Source of the DNA: an uncultured archaeon | Lineage (GTDB): Archaea; Asgardarchaeota; Lokiarchaeia; Sigyniarchaeales; SOKP01 | Assembly: GCA_964388035.1 (NCBI GenBank) | Contig: CAYLZE010000031.1 | Coordinates: 1 to 46,275 of the forward strand | DNA: 46,275 bases | Direction: 5' to 3' | Part shown: one piece after another, positions 8,248-18,714 of the stretch | How the letters are laid out: each line of letters opens with the position of its first letter | How positions within the stretch are numbered: the stretch's first letter is position 1 | Made by a program: the position numbers and the translations under genes | Notes under the pieces: model-generated | The model's input: only the letters and a program-made list of their open reading frames with translations | The model's database searches: none | Told to the model about the DNA's origin: nothing

Positions 8248-9990
8248 TTAAGTTTCTATTTCTTCCATGATTTTTTCTAATTCTTTATCAACATCAAGAT
8301 TTTTAAAATCGATGATGTTTAATTCATATCTATTAATATTATTATAATCATTGAAAACACCTTTTCCCTTGACAATCAAATCTCTACCCATCAATTCTTT
8401 GGAAAGATTAGTCAAAAAATCATCAGACTCCACAAGATCCGAAATTTCTTCTGCCTCTCGTCCCAATAATTTCTCCGCTTTTTCCCCGAAAAAATTAGTA
8501 TTAATCGTGTCTGTTCCATCATCTAACACGGTTTTGATGATCATTCTCTTGACATTTTCTCCCTTTTCCTCACAAATGCAGTTTTCAGGTTTTCTCATGC
8601 ATTTTGAACACGCTTCATAAATGATTATATCTCTATCTCGGAATTCCTTAGCAATGTATGCTTTTACTTCAAAAATATCAGGAGAGGAAATATCTTTAAT
8701 TTTAGTATAACTTCCTGAGAATTGTTCTTTTCTGGATTGCGAGGAGGATTTTACGGGTAATTTTATATCCTTTATTTTCAAATCAATTTGCTCTATTTCC
8801 GAGCCATTCATGAACGTGATTTCCTTTCGATTACTAAATTTATTAAATCGAATTAATACATTTTTTAAGGCGATACCCATTCCCATTTTTAAGGTGTTTG
8901 CGAGCTCTTCTGCTTTTTGTCTCCAAATAACCACGCGGACGCTATCCGTATCATCACTAACCGTAAAATTTAATAGAGAAACAGTTTCCCCACTTTTTAA
9001 TGCTACGTTTTTCAAGTTATCTATGGATGTAATCACGCCTTTAAATGAAATGATGTTTTCTCGTTCTTGAATTTGCTGAATATTTTCTAAAAATGGCTCT
9101 TGAATTTCTATTTCTTTACTTTTTATTTTAATAGTCGTATTACTAGTGGCATGGAGATCGACTTTATTGGAATCTAACCGGTTTATTCTTGGATTTAAAT
9201 GTGTAATAGAAATGACATTATTTGGTTCAAGATTCTTTAATTTTTCAGTATCTTGATTCCAAAAAGTAACCCGAATTGAACCTGTTTCATCCATTACTCG
9301 TAGTGATGCCACCTTGCCAAGACTCCCGTCTTTCTTGTTGAACTCATTGACAGGAGTTACCTGCAATATTTTCCCCTCAATTGAGATGGAAGAGAGTGAG
9401 AGATGAATCTCTCTAATCGGAACAAATTGTTCTGTAATTTTGGGATATTTTTTATAATTCACATCTTCAGGGTTGAGAATAAGTTTTCCCATTCTCCCGA
9501 TGTGCACTTCTAAGATTTGATTAAGACCCTGTTTAACATGACCATTAACAACTTTTACGATAATGTTTGACTTGAACTCGGGAGATTGTAAAATCTTAAC
9601 TTGTTCATTCCAAAGGACTATTCTAATATCTCCCGTTTCATCATGCAATAAAAATGACCCGACAATACCCGGAGTTCCGTCTTTTTTAACAAATTCATGA
9701 ATATCATAGATATCTCTAATTCTTCCTACGAGCGTTAAATTCTTCATGTTTGCGGTGACATCTGAAATATTAATTTCTAATTCTTCTAAAATCTCCCGAT
9801 TCTCCTCCTTTACATCCACGCCTAACTCTTTAGCAATGATAAATAGAGCTCCTTCATCAGATATTAATCCCTTTAATTCGGTTTTCTTTTCTTCCACCAT
9901 ATCTTGAATTTCTTTCTTAGATAACCCCGTATTCTCGACAATTTTATCAATATAAGCTTGGGTTTTCATATATTTTATATCCTCTGTCAT
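8248..9990 (-). CDS. Replication protein A large subunit (N-terminal helical domain, about four OB folds, Zn motif)
   Basis: N-terminus GLISDEGAL.IIAKELGV. Repeated DETG.IR.V.W / DDTDSVRVVIW / DDGTDTI OB motifs. CSKC...C.C in the last OB fold. Confidence 0.88.
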   Translation of the reverse strand: MTEDIKYMKTQAYIDKIVENTGLSKKEIQDMVEEKKTELKGLISDEGALFIIAKELGVDVKEENREILEELEINISDVTANMKNLTLVGRIRDIYDIHEFVKKDGTPGIVGSFLLHDETGDIRIVLWNEQVKILQSPEFKSNIIVKVVNGHVKQGLNQILEVHIGRMGKLILNPEDVNYKKYPKITEQFVPIREIHLSLSSISIEGKILQVTPVNEFNKKDGSLGKVASLRVMDETGSIRVTFWNQDTEKLKNLEPNNVISITHLNPRINRLDSNKVDLHATSNTTIKIKSKEIEIQEPFLENIQQIQERENIISFKGVITSIDNLKNVALKSGETVSLLNFTVSDDTDSVRVVIWRQKAEELANTLKMGMGIALKNVLIRFNKFSNRKEITFMNGSEIEQIDLKIKDIKLPVKSSSQSRKEQFSGSYTKIKDISSPDIFEVKAYIAKEFRDRDIIIYEACSKCMRKPENCICEEKGENVKRMIIKTVLDDGTDTINTNFFGEKAEKLLGREAEEISDLVESDDFLTNLSKELMGRDLIVKGKGVFNDYNNINRYELNIIDFKNLDVDKELEKIMEEIET

Positions 9991-10179
9991 TTTTTACTTG
10001 TCTCGTAATTAAGATTTATTATGTAATATTAAAAAAATCACTTATTTAATGATTAATTTTTTTTCTTACTTTTAAAACTTGAGACCTTGTCATTTTTCTA
10101 AATCTCTATATTAACATATCTATTTTAAGTACGATTATTTATCTAAAATAAGCTTTCTATAATGGAGTAAGATTCGTCC

Positions 10180-10929
10180 ATGAGTCCAGAAAAATTTAAA
10201 ATTATTCCCGTAATCGATATTCTTGATTCTACTTGTGTTCACGCAAAGAAAGGAGAAAGAGATAAATACAAACCTTTAAAAAATGTATTGACTAATACTA
10301 CCAATCCTCTTGAATTTATTAAAAATTTAAAGATAAAATATGGGTTTTCCTCCTTTTATGCTGCCGATTTAGATTCCATCACGAGGAATACGCCAAATTC
10401 TGAATTAATTTCTCAATTCATTTCTATTCCCGATACTACCATCATGGTTGACCTTGGAATCAGAGACATTGAGGATTTTAAATCATATTTAGGTTTGAAA
10501 ATCCCTCGTTTGATCATTGGTTTGGAAACAGTTAAAAGCTTAAAAACAATCCAAAACGCATTAGAACTGGCAGGATCTGATAAAATTATCGTGAGTGTTG
10601 ACATGTACAATGAAAAGATTATATCCCCAATTAAAGAACTCCAAGGAAAAAACCCACAAAATATCATTAAGAGCATTACGGAGACAGGGATTGAAAAAAT
10701 TATCTTGTTGGATCTTTTTAAAGTTGGACAAAAAACAGGCAATTTTTCCTCTACTTATGAAAAGATACGAGAAATCTTTGAGGGAGATATTTTTATTGGA
10801 GGAGGTATAAAAAATCTCGAAGAGATAATCCGCTTAAGAGATAAACAATTCTCCGGAGTTTTAATTGCTACTGCGCTTTATGATGGTACTATTAAAGTTA
10901 ATCAATTAAAGAAAAATGGATTAATTTAA
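10180..10929 (+). CDS. HisA/HisF-related TIM-barrel protein (type found with C1 cofactor genes)
   Basis: IIPVIDI....VHAKKGERDKY.P, Y.ADLD.I, LDL.KVG, GGG..., ATAL; lies near mfnB. Confidence 0.8.
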   Translation: MSPEKFKIIPVIDILDSTCVHAKKGERDKYKPLKNVLTNTTNPLEFIKNLKIKYGFSSFYAADLDSITRNTPNSELISQFISIPDTTIMVDLGIRDIEDFKSYLGLKIPRLIIGLETVKSLKTIQNALELAGSDKIIVSVDMYNEKIISPIKELQGKNPQNIIKSITETGIEKIILLDLFKVGQKTGNFSSTYEKIREIFEGDIFIGGGIKNLEEIIRLRDKQFSGVLIATALYDGTIKVNQLKKNGLI

Positions 10930-10930
10930 T

Positions 10931-11458
10931 TTATTCCATTACAATTTCTCCATTTTCTGTAACATTCAATGCTTTTTCGCAAGAGGGGCAAGAGTGTTTC
11001 ATTTTTACCCACTCGATTAAATGATCCTTGTGTGCTTTAGTTCTACAAATGGGACAAGACGAAAACTCATCAAAAATCTCAATATTTTTCCCACAGACGG
11101 CGCATTTCAGTTTTGCTTCGGTAAATATATTAATAGCACCTTTTTTAAGATCTAATACTACTTGTCCCGTATTTTCATCATTTGGATTAATCAATTTTAA
11201 CTCATTTCCTGAATCTACGCAGAAGATGGATCCGATAGAATTATCCTTTTTGTTTCCAATCCAAATAATATTTCCCTTGAAAAAGGTGGATCCTTGACGT
11301 TGCAACGTAAGCTTTAATTGCTTTTCTTCGATGACAAAGGTTTCAATAACTTTAGTATAATCTAATTCCATGTTTTCTATAATTTTATTTACAATTTCCC
11401 CCGGCCCTTTAAATACTTCATTTGTTATATCAACACTTACCGATTGTTTTGTTGACAT
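10931..11458 (-). CDS. Protein with C-terminal RING-like zinc finger
   Basis: CAVC-x12-CPIC-x4-H-x2-H-x3-W-x6-CPSC. Start moved to the ATG at 11458 (MSTKQ). Confidence 0.75.
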   Translation of the reverse strand: MSTKQSVSVDITNEVFKGPGEIVNKIIENMELDYTKVIETFVIEEKQLKLTLQRQGSTFFKGNIIWIGNKKDNSIGSIFCVDSGNELKLINPNDENTGQVVLDLKKGAINIFTEAKLKCAVCGKNIEIFDEFSSCPICRTKAHKDHLIEWVKMKHSCPSCEKALNVTENGEIVME

Positions 11459-11842
11459 GTAATTTTCCTTATTTTTTATTGTTAATAATAATAAAATACA
11501 AGAAAACAATATTTATATTTATTCAAATTTAAATGAATTTCTTCTCTTTCTTGATTAACTTTTTATAGAAAGAGAAGTAATTATGTATTCTGAAAATTTT
11601 CATATTATGATAATATAAGACATTGAGCCCTATCCTTATTTTGAGATAATCGGAACTTTTGCATGCGATTCTTCAATAATATTAAGAATTAATTAAATTC
11701 ATTCCCTGCGCTGATTTGGATTGGATCTTTTCGTTTTACTTATTTTTAAAATTAAATATAACGTTAATATCTTGGAATTATTAAATTTAAATGGAATAAA
11801 AAATCATTTAAAATAATTAGCGTATTTTTATATTGATAGATC

Positions 11843-12574
11843 ATGCACAAAGAGATTAGACTTTTGATCAGTCCTACTTCGGTTGAAGAAGCCATAACCG
11901 TGATTAATTCGAATATAGATTACATTGATTGTAAAAATCCCAAAGAAGGTTCTCTTGGTGCTAATTTTCCTTGGATCATAAAAGAGATGAAGAATTTAAT
12001 TCCTTCCACTAGTTCTCAATTACTAAGCGCAACAATTGGTGATTTTCCGTATTTACCCGGAAGTGCATCTCTCGCTGCGCTAGGCGCGGCAGTTTCGGGA
12101 GCAGATATTATTAAAGTGGGGCTCAAGGGACCAAAAAATGAAATAGAAGGAATTGAATTGATGAAGAACGTAGTCAAAACAATTAAAGAATATAGAAATG
12201 AAATTCTGGTTGTTGCTGCGGGATATGCAGATCAAGACCGAATGGATACTTCACCCAGATACATGGAAATACCTACCATTGCTTCAAAATCTGGAAGTGA
12301 TGTAGCCATGCTGGATACCTTTATTAAGGATGGCAAGAGTTTATTTGATTTTTTAGATGATGATCAGTTAAGTATGTTTTTGGAAAAGGCAAAGCAATTA
12401 CATCTATTAACTGCCTTAGCGGGAAATCTTAGAAAAAGTGATTTAAAACGAATTAAACACCTCTCCCCAGATATCATAGGAATAAGAAGTGCTGTCTGTG
12501 AAAATCAAGATAGAGAAAATGGAATCATAAAAAAAGAGCTTATTGAAGAATTTAAAAAGGAGTTGTATAAATAA
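11843..12574 (+). CDS. mfnB: (5-formylfuran-3-yl)methyl phosphate synthase, methanofuran biosynthesis
   Basis: LLISP.S.EEA, D.KNP.EGSLGANFPW, SATIGD, KVGL, YAD, MLDT..KDGK.LFDFL, ALAG.L, G.R.AVC. Confidence 0.93.
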   Translation: MHKEIRLLISPTSVEEAITVINSNIDYIDCKNPKEGSLGANFPWIIKEMKNLIPSTSSQLLSATIGDFPYLPGSASLAALGAAVSGADIIKVGLKGPKNEIEGIELMKNVVKTIKEYRNEILVVAAGYADQDRMDTSPRYMEIPTIASKSGSDVAMLDTFIKDGKSLFDFLDDDQLSMFLEKAKQLHLLTALAGNLRKSDLKRIKHLSPDIIGIRSAVCENQDRENGIIKKELIEEFKKELYK

Positions 12575-12584
12575 GAATAGAGCC

Positions 12585-13106
12585 ATGTCAATTAAAAACA
12601 AGCATTCCCTAATTAAGATAAAAGAAGCAATAAATCCGGATTTCTTTGATTTTAAAATATGTGCCGGTGAATTTGGACCTCTTCTGGATAAGTTAAACGA
12701 AAATGCAAAGAAGCACGAGCTTTTTATCCTTACTGCTTATTCAAATAATATTCTAGCGGGAATATTAATTTCTGAACAAATGAATCAAAAAGTAGATTCA
12801 GTCAATACTATTGTTCCTACCTCTCTTTTATATTTAATATACGTAAATCCTTTTTTCAGAAATAAAGGATTAGGAAAAAAATTATTAAACTATTATCTCA
12901 TAAAACAAAAATTTCTAGGTATTGCAACTATTTATATGAATATTCCTCAAAAATACAAAATGGGCACTAAATTTCTATTAAAAAACAATTTCCATCAAAC
13001 ATTTCGATCTACAACGACCTTAATATTTAAATATAACTTATGGAATGATTATGGCATTAGAGATTCAATATTAATTGGAGAACACTTTAATTGTTTTTTA
13101 GATTGA
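12585..13106 (+). CDS. GNAT-family acetyltransferase
   Basis: Acetyl-CoA motif A: IYVNPFFRNKGLGKKLL. ATG at 12585, 10 nt after the mfnB stop. Confidence 0.75.
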   Translation: MSIKNKHSLIKIKEAINPDFFDFKICAGEFGPLLDKLNENAKKHELFILTAYSNNILAGILISEQMNQKVDSVNTIVPTSLLYLIYVNPFFRNKGLGKKLLNYYLIKQKFLGIATIYMNIPQKYKMGTKFLLKNNFHQTFRSTTTLIFKYNLWNDYGIRDSILIGEHFNCFLD

Positions 13107-13248
13107 ATTTTTCACATTTCGTGCATTTTTTTATTCCCTATAAACTTTTAATTTAATTCTTAATTGATTATTTTATAGTTAGTATTTTTAAATTTCTCTC
13201 AAAAAGAAAAATAATTAATGGGTTGATTAGAGAGCGTGAAATGAGCGA

Positions 13249-14058
13249 TTGGCAGAATATAAGAAAGAGATTGGTATTATTGGTGTAGGAAAAATTGGAT
13301 CCGTGTTAGTAATGGCAATAACTAAGATTGTACCTTTAGATAAAATAATCATCTTTGATATCAATAATGAACTTCTACAAGAACGATCTGAGACCTATGG
13401 GGTAGATCGAGCTGAAAGTAATGTAGATCTAGCACAAAACTCGAAATACATCTTATTAGCGATTCTCCCCCAAGTAATAGATGATGTCCTCGAAAAAATT
13501 GGTCCAATTATCAAACCCGATCAAACCATAATATCTATCGCGGCAGGAGTCCCTCTATCTCACATTCATAAATATGTAAATGAAAACGTTGCTCTAATTA
13601 GAGCCATGCCAAACACGCCCGCCTTGGTTAAAGCAGGTGCTACAGCAATAGCAAAAAATCAGCACGTTACCAATGAAAAAATGGAATATGTGAAAAAGAT
13701 CTTCTCAACAGTTGGAATCGTTGTAGAATTAGATGAAACTCACTTAGATGCAGTTACTGGATTATCTGGAAGTGGACCTGCCTATGTTTTTATAATAATT
13801 GAATCTTTAGCGGATGGAGGGGTGAAAATGGGCCTTCCCAGGGATGTTGCTCAAAAATTAGCAGCTCAAACTGTTATGGGAGCAGCAAAAATGGTGTTAG
13901 AAACCAAAAAGCACCCTGGAGAATTAAAAGATATGGTCGCTACCCCCGCAGGAACAACGATCACGGCAATACACGAATTAGAATCATCAAAGATTAGAGC
14001 CACATTGATAAGAGCTGTAGAAGCGGCTACTCTACGATCCAAGTCATTAAAAAAATAA
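13249..14058 (+). CDS. proC: Pyrroline-5-carboxylate reductase
   Basis: IG.G.IG, ISIAAGV, R.MPNTP, TGLSGSGPAY, HPGELKDMVATPAGTT; TTG start. Confidence 0.96.
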   Translation: MAEYKKEIGIIGVGKIGSVLVMAITKIVPLDKIIIFDINNELLQERSETYGVDRAESNVDLAQNSKYILLAILPQVIDDVLEKIGPIIKPDQTIISIAAGVPLSHIHKYVNENVALIRAMPNTPALVKAGATAIAKNQHVTNEKMEYVKKIFSTVGIVVELDETHLDAVTGLSGSGPAYVFIIIESLADGGVKMGLPRDVAQKLAAQTVMGAAKMVLETKKHPGELKDMVATPAGTTITAIHELESSKIRATLIRAVEAATLRSKSLKK

Positions 14059-14082
14059 GAGATTAATTCTTAGAACGTCCTG

Positions 14083-15039
14083 TCAGTCCTTTATTTTTAG
14101 ACTTTTTTCATGAATGGATAAATCATACACTATTTTGGAATCTAAATAAGATCTAAAGATATCTATTACTTCCCTTTTCATTTTTTTTGAACAGATAGCA
14201 TAAACGGAGCGTCCTAGTTGATTCATGCTCGCTCCTAAAATATCTAACTCATTTAATCGTTCCATTAAGGACTTCGTGTTTTTTAACTTGAGTTCTTCTA
14301 ATATCCTCGTCTTTTTTACAAAATCTATCGAAGCTTCCATGAAGGTTTTAATATTTGGATCTTGGATTAATCTCGTAAGCGCTATTTTTCCAGCATTTTT
14401 AATTTTCCTGCTTAAATTGGGATTGGATAGAATGGATTTTGTTTCTATTTTCCCAAAGGTACCACAGATAACGCTCAAATCCGGAGGAATTTTTATGGAT
14501 TCAGAGTTGCATGGATATCCGGGTTCCTTAAGAATGCATAATCCTCCCCCTAATTGACCACATACCGTACCCAAGCCTGTCTTATTTACCACTTCTGCAA
14601 TATGGGCAATTTTCCCACATTCATGATTGCTTAGATTTAATTTAAACAGCCTATTTAATCCAAATGCTGTCCCCAAAGCTCCCGATCCGCTCGCCCCATA
14701 TCCACATCCTACAGGTAAGTCGAAATAATGCGAGATCTTAACGTGACCCATTATATTAATGTTTTTTTTTAAAGTGTTATAAACGTAATAGGTAGTTTGG
14801 GCTTTTTGATTTAAAGTTTCATGATTAATATTAATCTGATAGGTCAACGTTTTATATTCATGAGTTTCATAAAATTCTATTTCAGTTCTTCCTTTTGCAT
14901 TTAAATTAAATCCCGCTCCTCTTGAACCTAATATTAAGGGATCCTGTATTTTATTCCCTTGAAGATCTTCATCGACTATTTCAAAAAATCCCGAAATTCT
15001 ATGAGGCACATCGACCACAACTTTTTCTCCCTCCCCCAT
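14083..15039 (-). CDS. Pantoate kinase (archaeal CoA pathway, GHMP family)
   Basis: P..ISGFF, GSRGAG, P.GCGYGASG, AH.AEV...TGLG.V..Q..GG, SMNQLG. Confidence 0.88.
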   Translation of the reverse strand: MGEGEKVVVDVPHRISGFFEIVDEDLQGNKIQDPLILGSRGAGFNLNAKGRTEIEFYETHEYKTLTYQININHETLNQKAQTTYYVYNTLKKNINIMGHVKISHYFDLPVGCGYGASGSGALGTAFGLNRLFKLNLSNHECGKIAHIAEVVNKTGLGTVCGQLGGGLCILKEPGYPCNSESIKIPPDLSVICGTFGKIETKSILSNPNLSRKIKNAGKIALTRLIQDPNIKTFMEASIDFVKKTRILEELKLKNTKSLMERLNELDILGASMNQLGRSVYAICSKKMKREVIDIFRSYLDSKIVYDLSIHEKSLKIKD

Positions 15040-15120
15040 GATTGAACCTCTTTTTTAATACATTTAAATGAAGAATGAAATATTATATATATTAAATATT
15101 ATAACATACTAAATCTTATC

Positions 15121-15834
15121 ATGAAAAATCAAAGAAATATTGTTATTAAATTGGGGGGATCCCTCTTATTTAATGATGATAAATCCATAAATGTACATGA
15201 GTTAACGGATTTTTGTAAAGTGATACAAAAAAGCAGCATTTTTAAGAAGATCATAATTATATGCGGCGGAGGAATTATAGCAAGGGAATATATTAACGCA
15301 GTTAGGGGATTCACTCATAACGAGGCGATGTGTGATCTCGCTGGAATCGAAATATCTCGAACAAATGCTCGTTTGATTGTCTCTGCATTAGGCCCTTTGG
15401 CTTATCCTGTGATCCCTAAAACCATGAATGAGTTGGCCCAAGCTGCTTTATCCGACAAAATAATCGTCATGGGAGGGCTCCAACCAGGACAGTCCACGAC
15501 AAGTGTAGCAATAGAGGTGACAGAATATTTACAATTGAAAGAATTGGTTATCTTAACTGATGTAAAGGGAATTTATAATAAAGATCCCAAAAAATTCAAG
15601 AATGCTAAACTCCTTCCCATGCTCACATATGATGAGGTTTATCAAATCTTATTTCAGGATGCTGGTCGTGAACAAGCGGCTGCGGGTGAATATAGGATTT
15701 TTGATGAGGTTTCATTCCAATTAATCAAAAGGAGCAATATTAACGTAATTCTCATGTCAGGTAAAGATTTAACGGAATTTAAAAAATTTTGGGATGGTGA
15801 AAAAGACTTTATTGGAACCATGATTCAACCGTGA
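15121..15834 (+). CDS. pyrH: Uridylate kinase
   Basis: VIKLGGS, GGG..AR.YI, D..GI..SR.NA, MGG.QPGQST, DVKGIY.KDP. Confidence 0.93.
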   Translation: MKNQRNIVIKLGGSLLFNDDKSINVHELTDFCKVIQKSSIFKKIIIICGGGIIAREYINAVRGFTHNEAMCDLAGIEISRTNARLIVSALGPLAYPVIPKTMNELAQAALSDKIIVMGGLQPGQSTTSVAIEVTEYLQLKELVILTDVKGIYNKDPKKFKNAKLLPMLTYDEVYQILFQDAGREQAAAGEYRIFDEVSFQLIKRSNINVILMSGKDLTEFKKFWDGEKDFIGTMIQP

Positions 15835-15875
15835 GAATATAGAAAAATAGTAATCGTTTAATGTTGACAATATCC

Positions 15876-18062
15876 CTATTGATATGGTGCAATCAATTCT
15901 AAAACATCTTCGAAGTCAATTCCCAATTCTTTTACTTTCTGGAACGTTGGGCAACCTTGCGTGCTCCATCCTCTTGACTTATAAACCGCATCTTGGAGCA
16001 ATTCATATTGTTTTTCACGGTAGGTTCTCAAACGGGTTACTTTTTCTTCTAAAGACATCGTTTCGGGATTTAACCTCATGAGCTCCTTGAGTTGAGTATC
16101 ATACCTCTCATGTCGGCTTTCAAATTCAAGTTTTGTCACGGGGCCCATTGCTCGATAAGGAAAGTTAGAATCATGTTCTCTCAAACCCTTACCTAATCTA
16201 ATGTTGAAAATTCTCTGAAAATTATACACTCTTTCAGAATTAAAAAGTAAATCCTTTACACTTGATTCTATTCCGGATACTGCTGAATAGTATTTTGCAT
16301 ACCATTCAAGATGTTTTGGGATGGTAGCTCTTATCAATTCTCCAGTTTTTGGGTCTTTTATCGGATAATCCTTATTCTCTGGAGGGACTATATCATTCCA
16401 AGGAAGCTTACAAAGTCCTTGCAAAGAGAACCAAGTTCTCCAATTGGGGAAGAATTTAAGTGCACTAGCCTTGTCTTCAAAAGTAGGAATTGAATTTCTC
16501 ACCATATCTTCAAAAATTAACCATGCTTCATCGTGTTGGGGTCCTTTATTCGTAAAGCCATATCCTCCTTGTTGCGCTAGGGATTCTTTTGTAACATACT
16601 CAGAAAATTCCAATCCTTTATGTTCCATTCCTATATCCTGGAGTAAACCGGGATCGGCTCCAAATTTGCGTGCAAAATATTGTTTCATGTATTTAATCCC
16701 CTGCCCCACCACCTTTCCAAATCCTTCACCATTCGCAATCTGATGGATTAGTGCCAATGCCGCTTCGGCATTTCCAAAATTTAACTGCAACCCCCCGGTG
16801 AGATCTGCATTTAGAATTCCTAAGTCAAAACATTCCATGACAAAAGCAATTCCCGTTCCAACTGAAATTGTATCTAATCCGTAGGTATCGCAATAAAAGT
16901 TTACCTCTAATACCCAATTAATATCCCATACATCCCAATTCGATCCACATCCCGCAATCGTTTCATATTCAGGTCCGTCCACGATTACTTTTTGTCCCTT
17001 GAAGGGACCCGTCAAGACCTCGTGATCTCTCGAATAATGAGAACAACTAACGGTACACCCCAACCAGCACCCATCTGCTCCCTCTTTCACAGTATACACT
17101 TCTCTCATTCGTTCTCTATTATAAGGAAAGTCCTCTCCCTTCAAGGTTTTATGGGAACCATAGCGAAAATTTTGGACGGGCAAAAGATCGGTTGCATTCA
17201 TGATTTCAGGGAGATGTCCCGTGCCAACTCTCCTCATTTCATTTTGAATGGGATCATTTTTAACAATCTCTTGAGAATGAATTTTTCCTAAGGATCGCGC
17301 TTCTTCTAAATTCGCGGGATTATTGGAATTTATAGTTATTTTAGGTGCCCTACACACGATAGCCCTGATGTTTTTATTGCTAAATACCGTACCAGGCCCC
17401 CCACGTCCCGCTTGTTTATAGGAGGCCCAATTACGCAGGTTACTATACCATGAAAAATTAAGGACCCCCCATCTCGAATATTTTGCTGCAGGTCCAGAAC
17501 TTACTACGGATATCTGGGAAAGGTTTCCATCCACTTCTCCGAATTTCTTGGTTAATTCTTGAGTCAATTCATGGGAATATTGAGAAAAATCATCGGACGG
17601 TGTAATTTCATGAATTTGAATAAGGTTTTGGACTCCATCGATATAGATTATTACTTCCTTTTCAGCCTTGCCTTGAATTTCTAATGCATCAAACCCGGCA
17701 AACTTTAAAAATGGACCAAAATATCCCCCTACATTGCTATCTATTATAATGTCTGTTAAAGGAGAAATGGTTGTCACGATGGATTTACCCGAGCCGGGAT
17801 AATAAGTCGTCCCCCCTAAAGGTCCAGAAGCAATGCAAATCTCATTTTCTGGTTCATTCCATTTAACTTTTTTTCCCTTCGGTAATGCATTCCATAATAA
17901 CCAAAGATCAAACCCTTTTCCCCCTATGAATTTTTTTTTCATCTCCTCGCTAATAGATTTAATAAGGATTTCATTATTGGATAGGTTTAGATACAGTGTC
18001 TGATTTGCATAACCACGTTGGATTTCCTGCTTTTCATACTTTAGTTCCTCTCTTAAAATCAT
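15876..18062 (-). CDS. Aldehyde:ferredoxin oxidoreductase (W-dependent AOR family)
   Basis: FIGGKG, SPLT....DSNVGGYFG..LKFAGFDAL, AGRGG.G, C..GC...C, GPEYET, CD.YGLDTIS. Confidence 0.93.
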   Translation of the reverse strand: MILREELKYEKQEIQRGYANQTLYLNLSNNEILIKSISEEMKKKFIGGKGFDLWLLWNALPKGKKVKWNEPENEICIASGPLGGTTYYPGSGKSIVTTISPLTDIIIDSNVGGYFGPFLKFAGFDALEIQGKAEKEVIIYIDGVQNLIQIHEITPSDDFSQYSHELTQELTKKFGEVDGNLSQISVVSSGPAAKYSRWGVLNFSWYSNLRNWASYKQAGRGGPGTVFSNKNIRAIVCRAPKITINSNNPANLEEARSLGKIHSQEIVKNDPIQNEMRRVGTGHLPEIMNATDLLPVQNFRYGSHKTLKGEDFPYNRERMREVYTVKEGADGCWLGCTVSCSHYSRDHEVLTGPFKGQKVIVDGPEYETIAGCGSNWDVWDINWVLEVNFYCDTYGLDTISVGTGIAFVMECFDLGILNADLTGGLQLNFGNAEAALALIHQIANGEGFGKVVGQGIKYMKQYFARKFGADPGLLQDIGMEHKGLEFSEYVTKESLAQQGGYGFTNKGPQHDEAWLIFEDMVRNSIPTFEDKASALKFFPNWRTWFSLQGLCKLPWNDIVPPENKDYPIKDPKTGELIRATIPKHLEWYAKYYSAVSGIESSVKDLLFNSERVYNFQRIFNIRLGKGLREHDSNFPYRAMGPVTKLEFESRHERYDTQLKELMRLNPETMSLEEKVTRLRTYREKQYELLQDAVYKSRGWSTQGCPTFQKVKELGIDFEDVLELIAPYQ

Positions 18063-18376
18063 GGTAATGAATCTCCCATTCTCTTTTTCAGGTCAATATG
18101 CATTCTTTTAATGATTAAATAAATCTATTCATTATCATATAAATTCTCTTTCCTTTCCCCTAATAACTTCTCATGCATGATAAATCATTAAAAATCTTAA
18201 TCAGACTTGTAATTTCAATACAAAAATTAAAATTTAACTAGCCTTTATTATTTAAATATAAAAAATTAAAAGAATCGCTCTCTTTCTATTGATAATTAAA
18301 AAGAAGAAGATTTTTTAGATTCTCATCTTTATTCTCAATAAACAAAACAAATTATAATTCTTGAGTGAATTCTAGC

Positions 18377-18604
18377 ATGTCACAATCGTCATGGAAAGAT
18401 CAAATCAAAAAACAATGGGGTCCTCATAAGCATTGTCCTATCTGCGGAAAAGCAATGGCATCCAGCAAGACTTTCTGTAGCCAGGCCTGTAAAGATAGTT
18501 ACTTGGGAAAAGAAAAGAAGAAAAAGAAAAGAGGAAGGATTCAGATGATCTTTTTATTTGGAATGATGATAGTTATGTTTATCTTTCTATTTGTCTTCCA
18601 ATAA
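18377..18604 (+). CDS. DUF2116-like Zn-ribbon membrane protein
   Basis: PHKHCPICGK......FCSQAC, a basic stretch, and a hydrophobic helix at the extreme C-terminus. Confidence 0.85.
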   Translation: MSQSSWKDQIKKQWGPHKHCPICGKAMASSKTFCSQACKDSYLGKEKKKKKRGRIQMIFLFGMMIVMFIFLFVFQ

Positions 18605-18714
18605 ATATCTTCTCTTATCTTTATCTCTCTTATTTATTTTGCTGGAGGGTTAAAAAGATAAATTTCGTTAAGCATATTATTCTCTAACATGGATTACTAT
18701 TTCTGACTTTTTTA

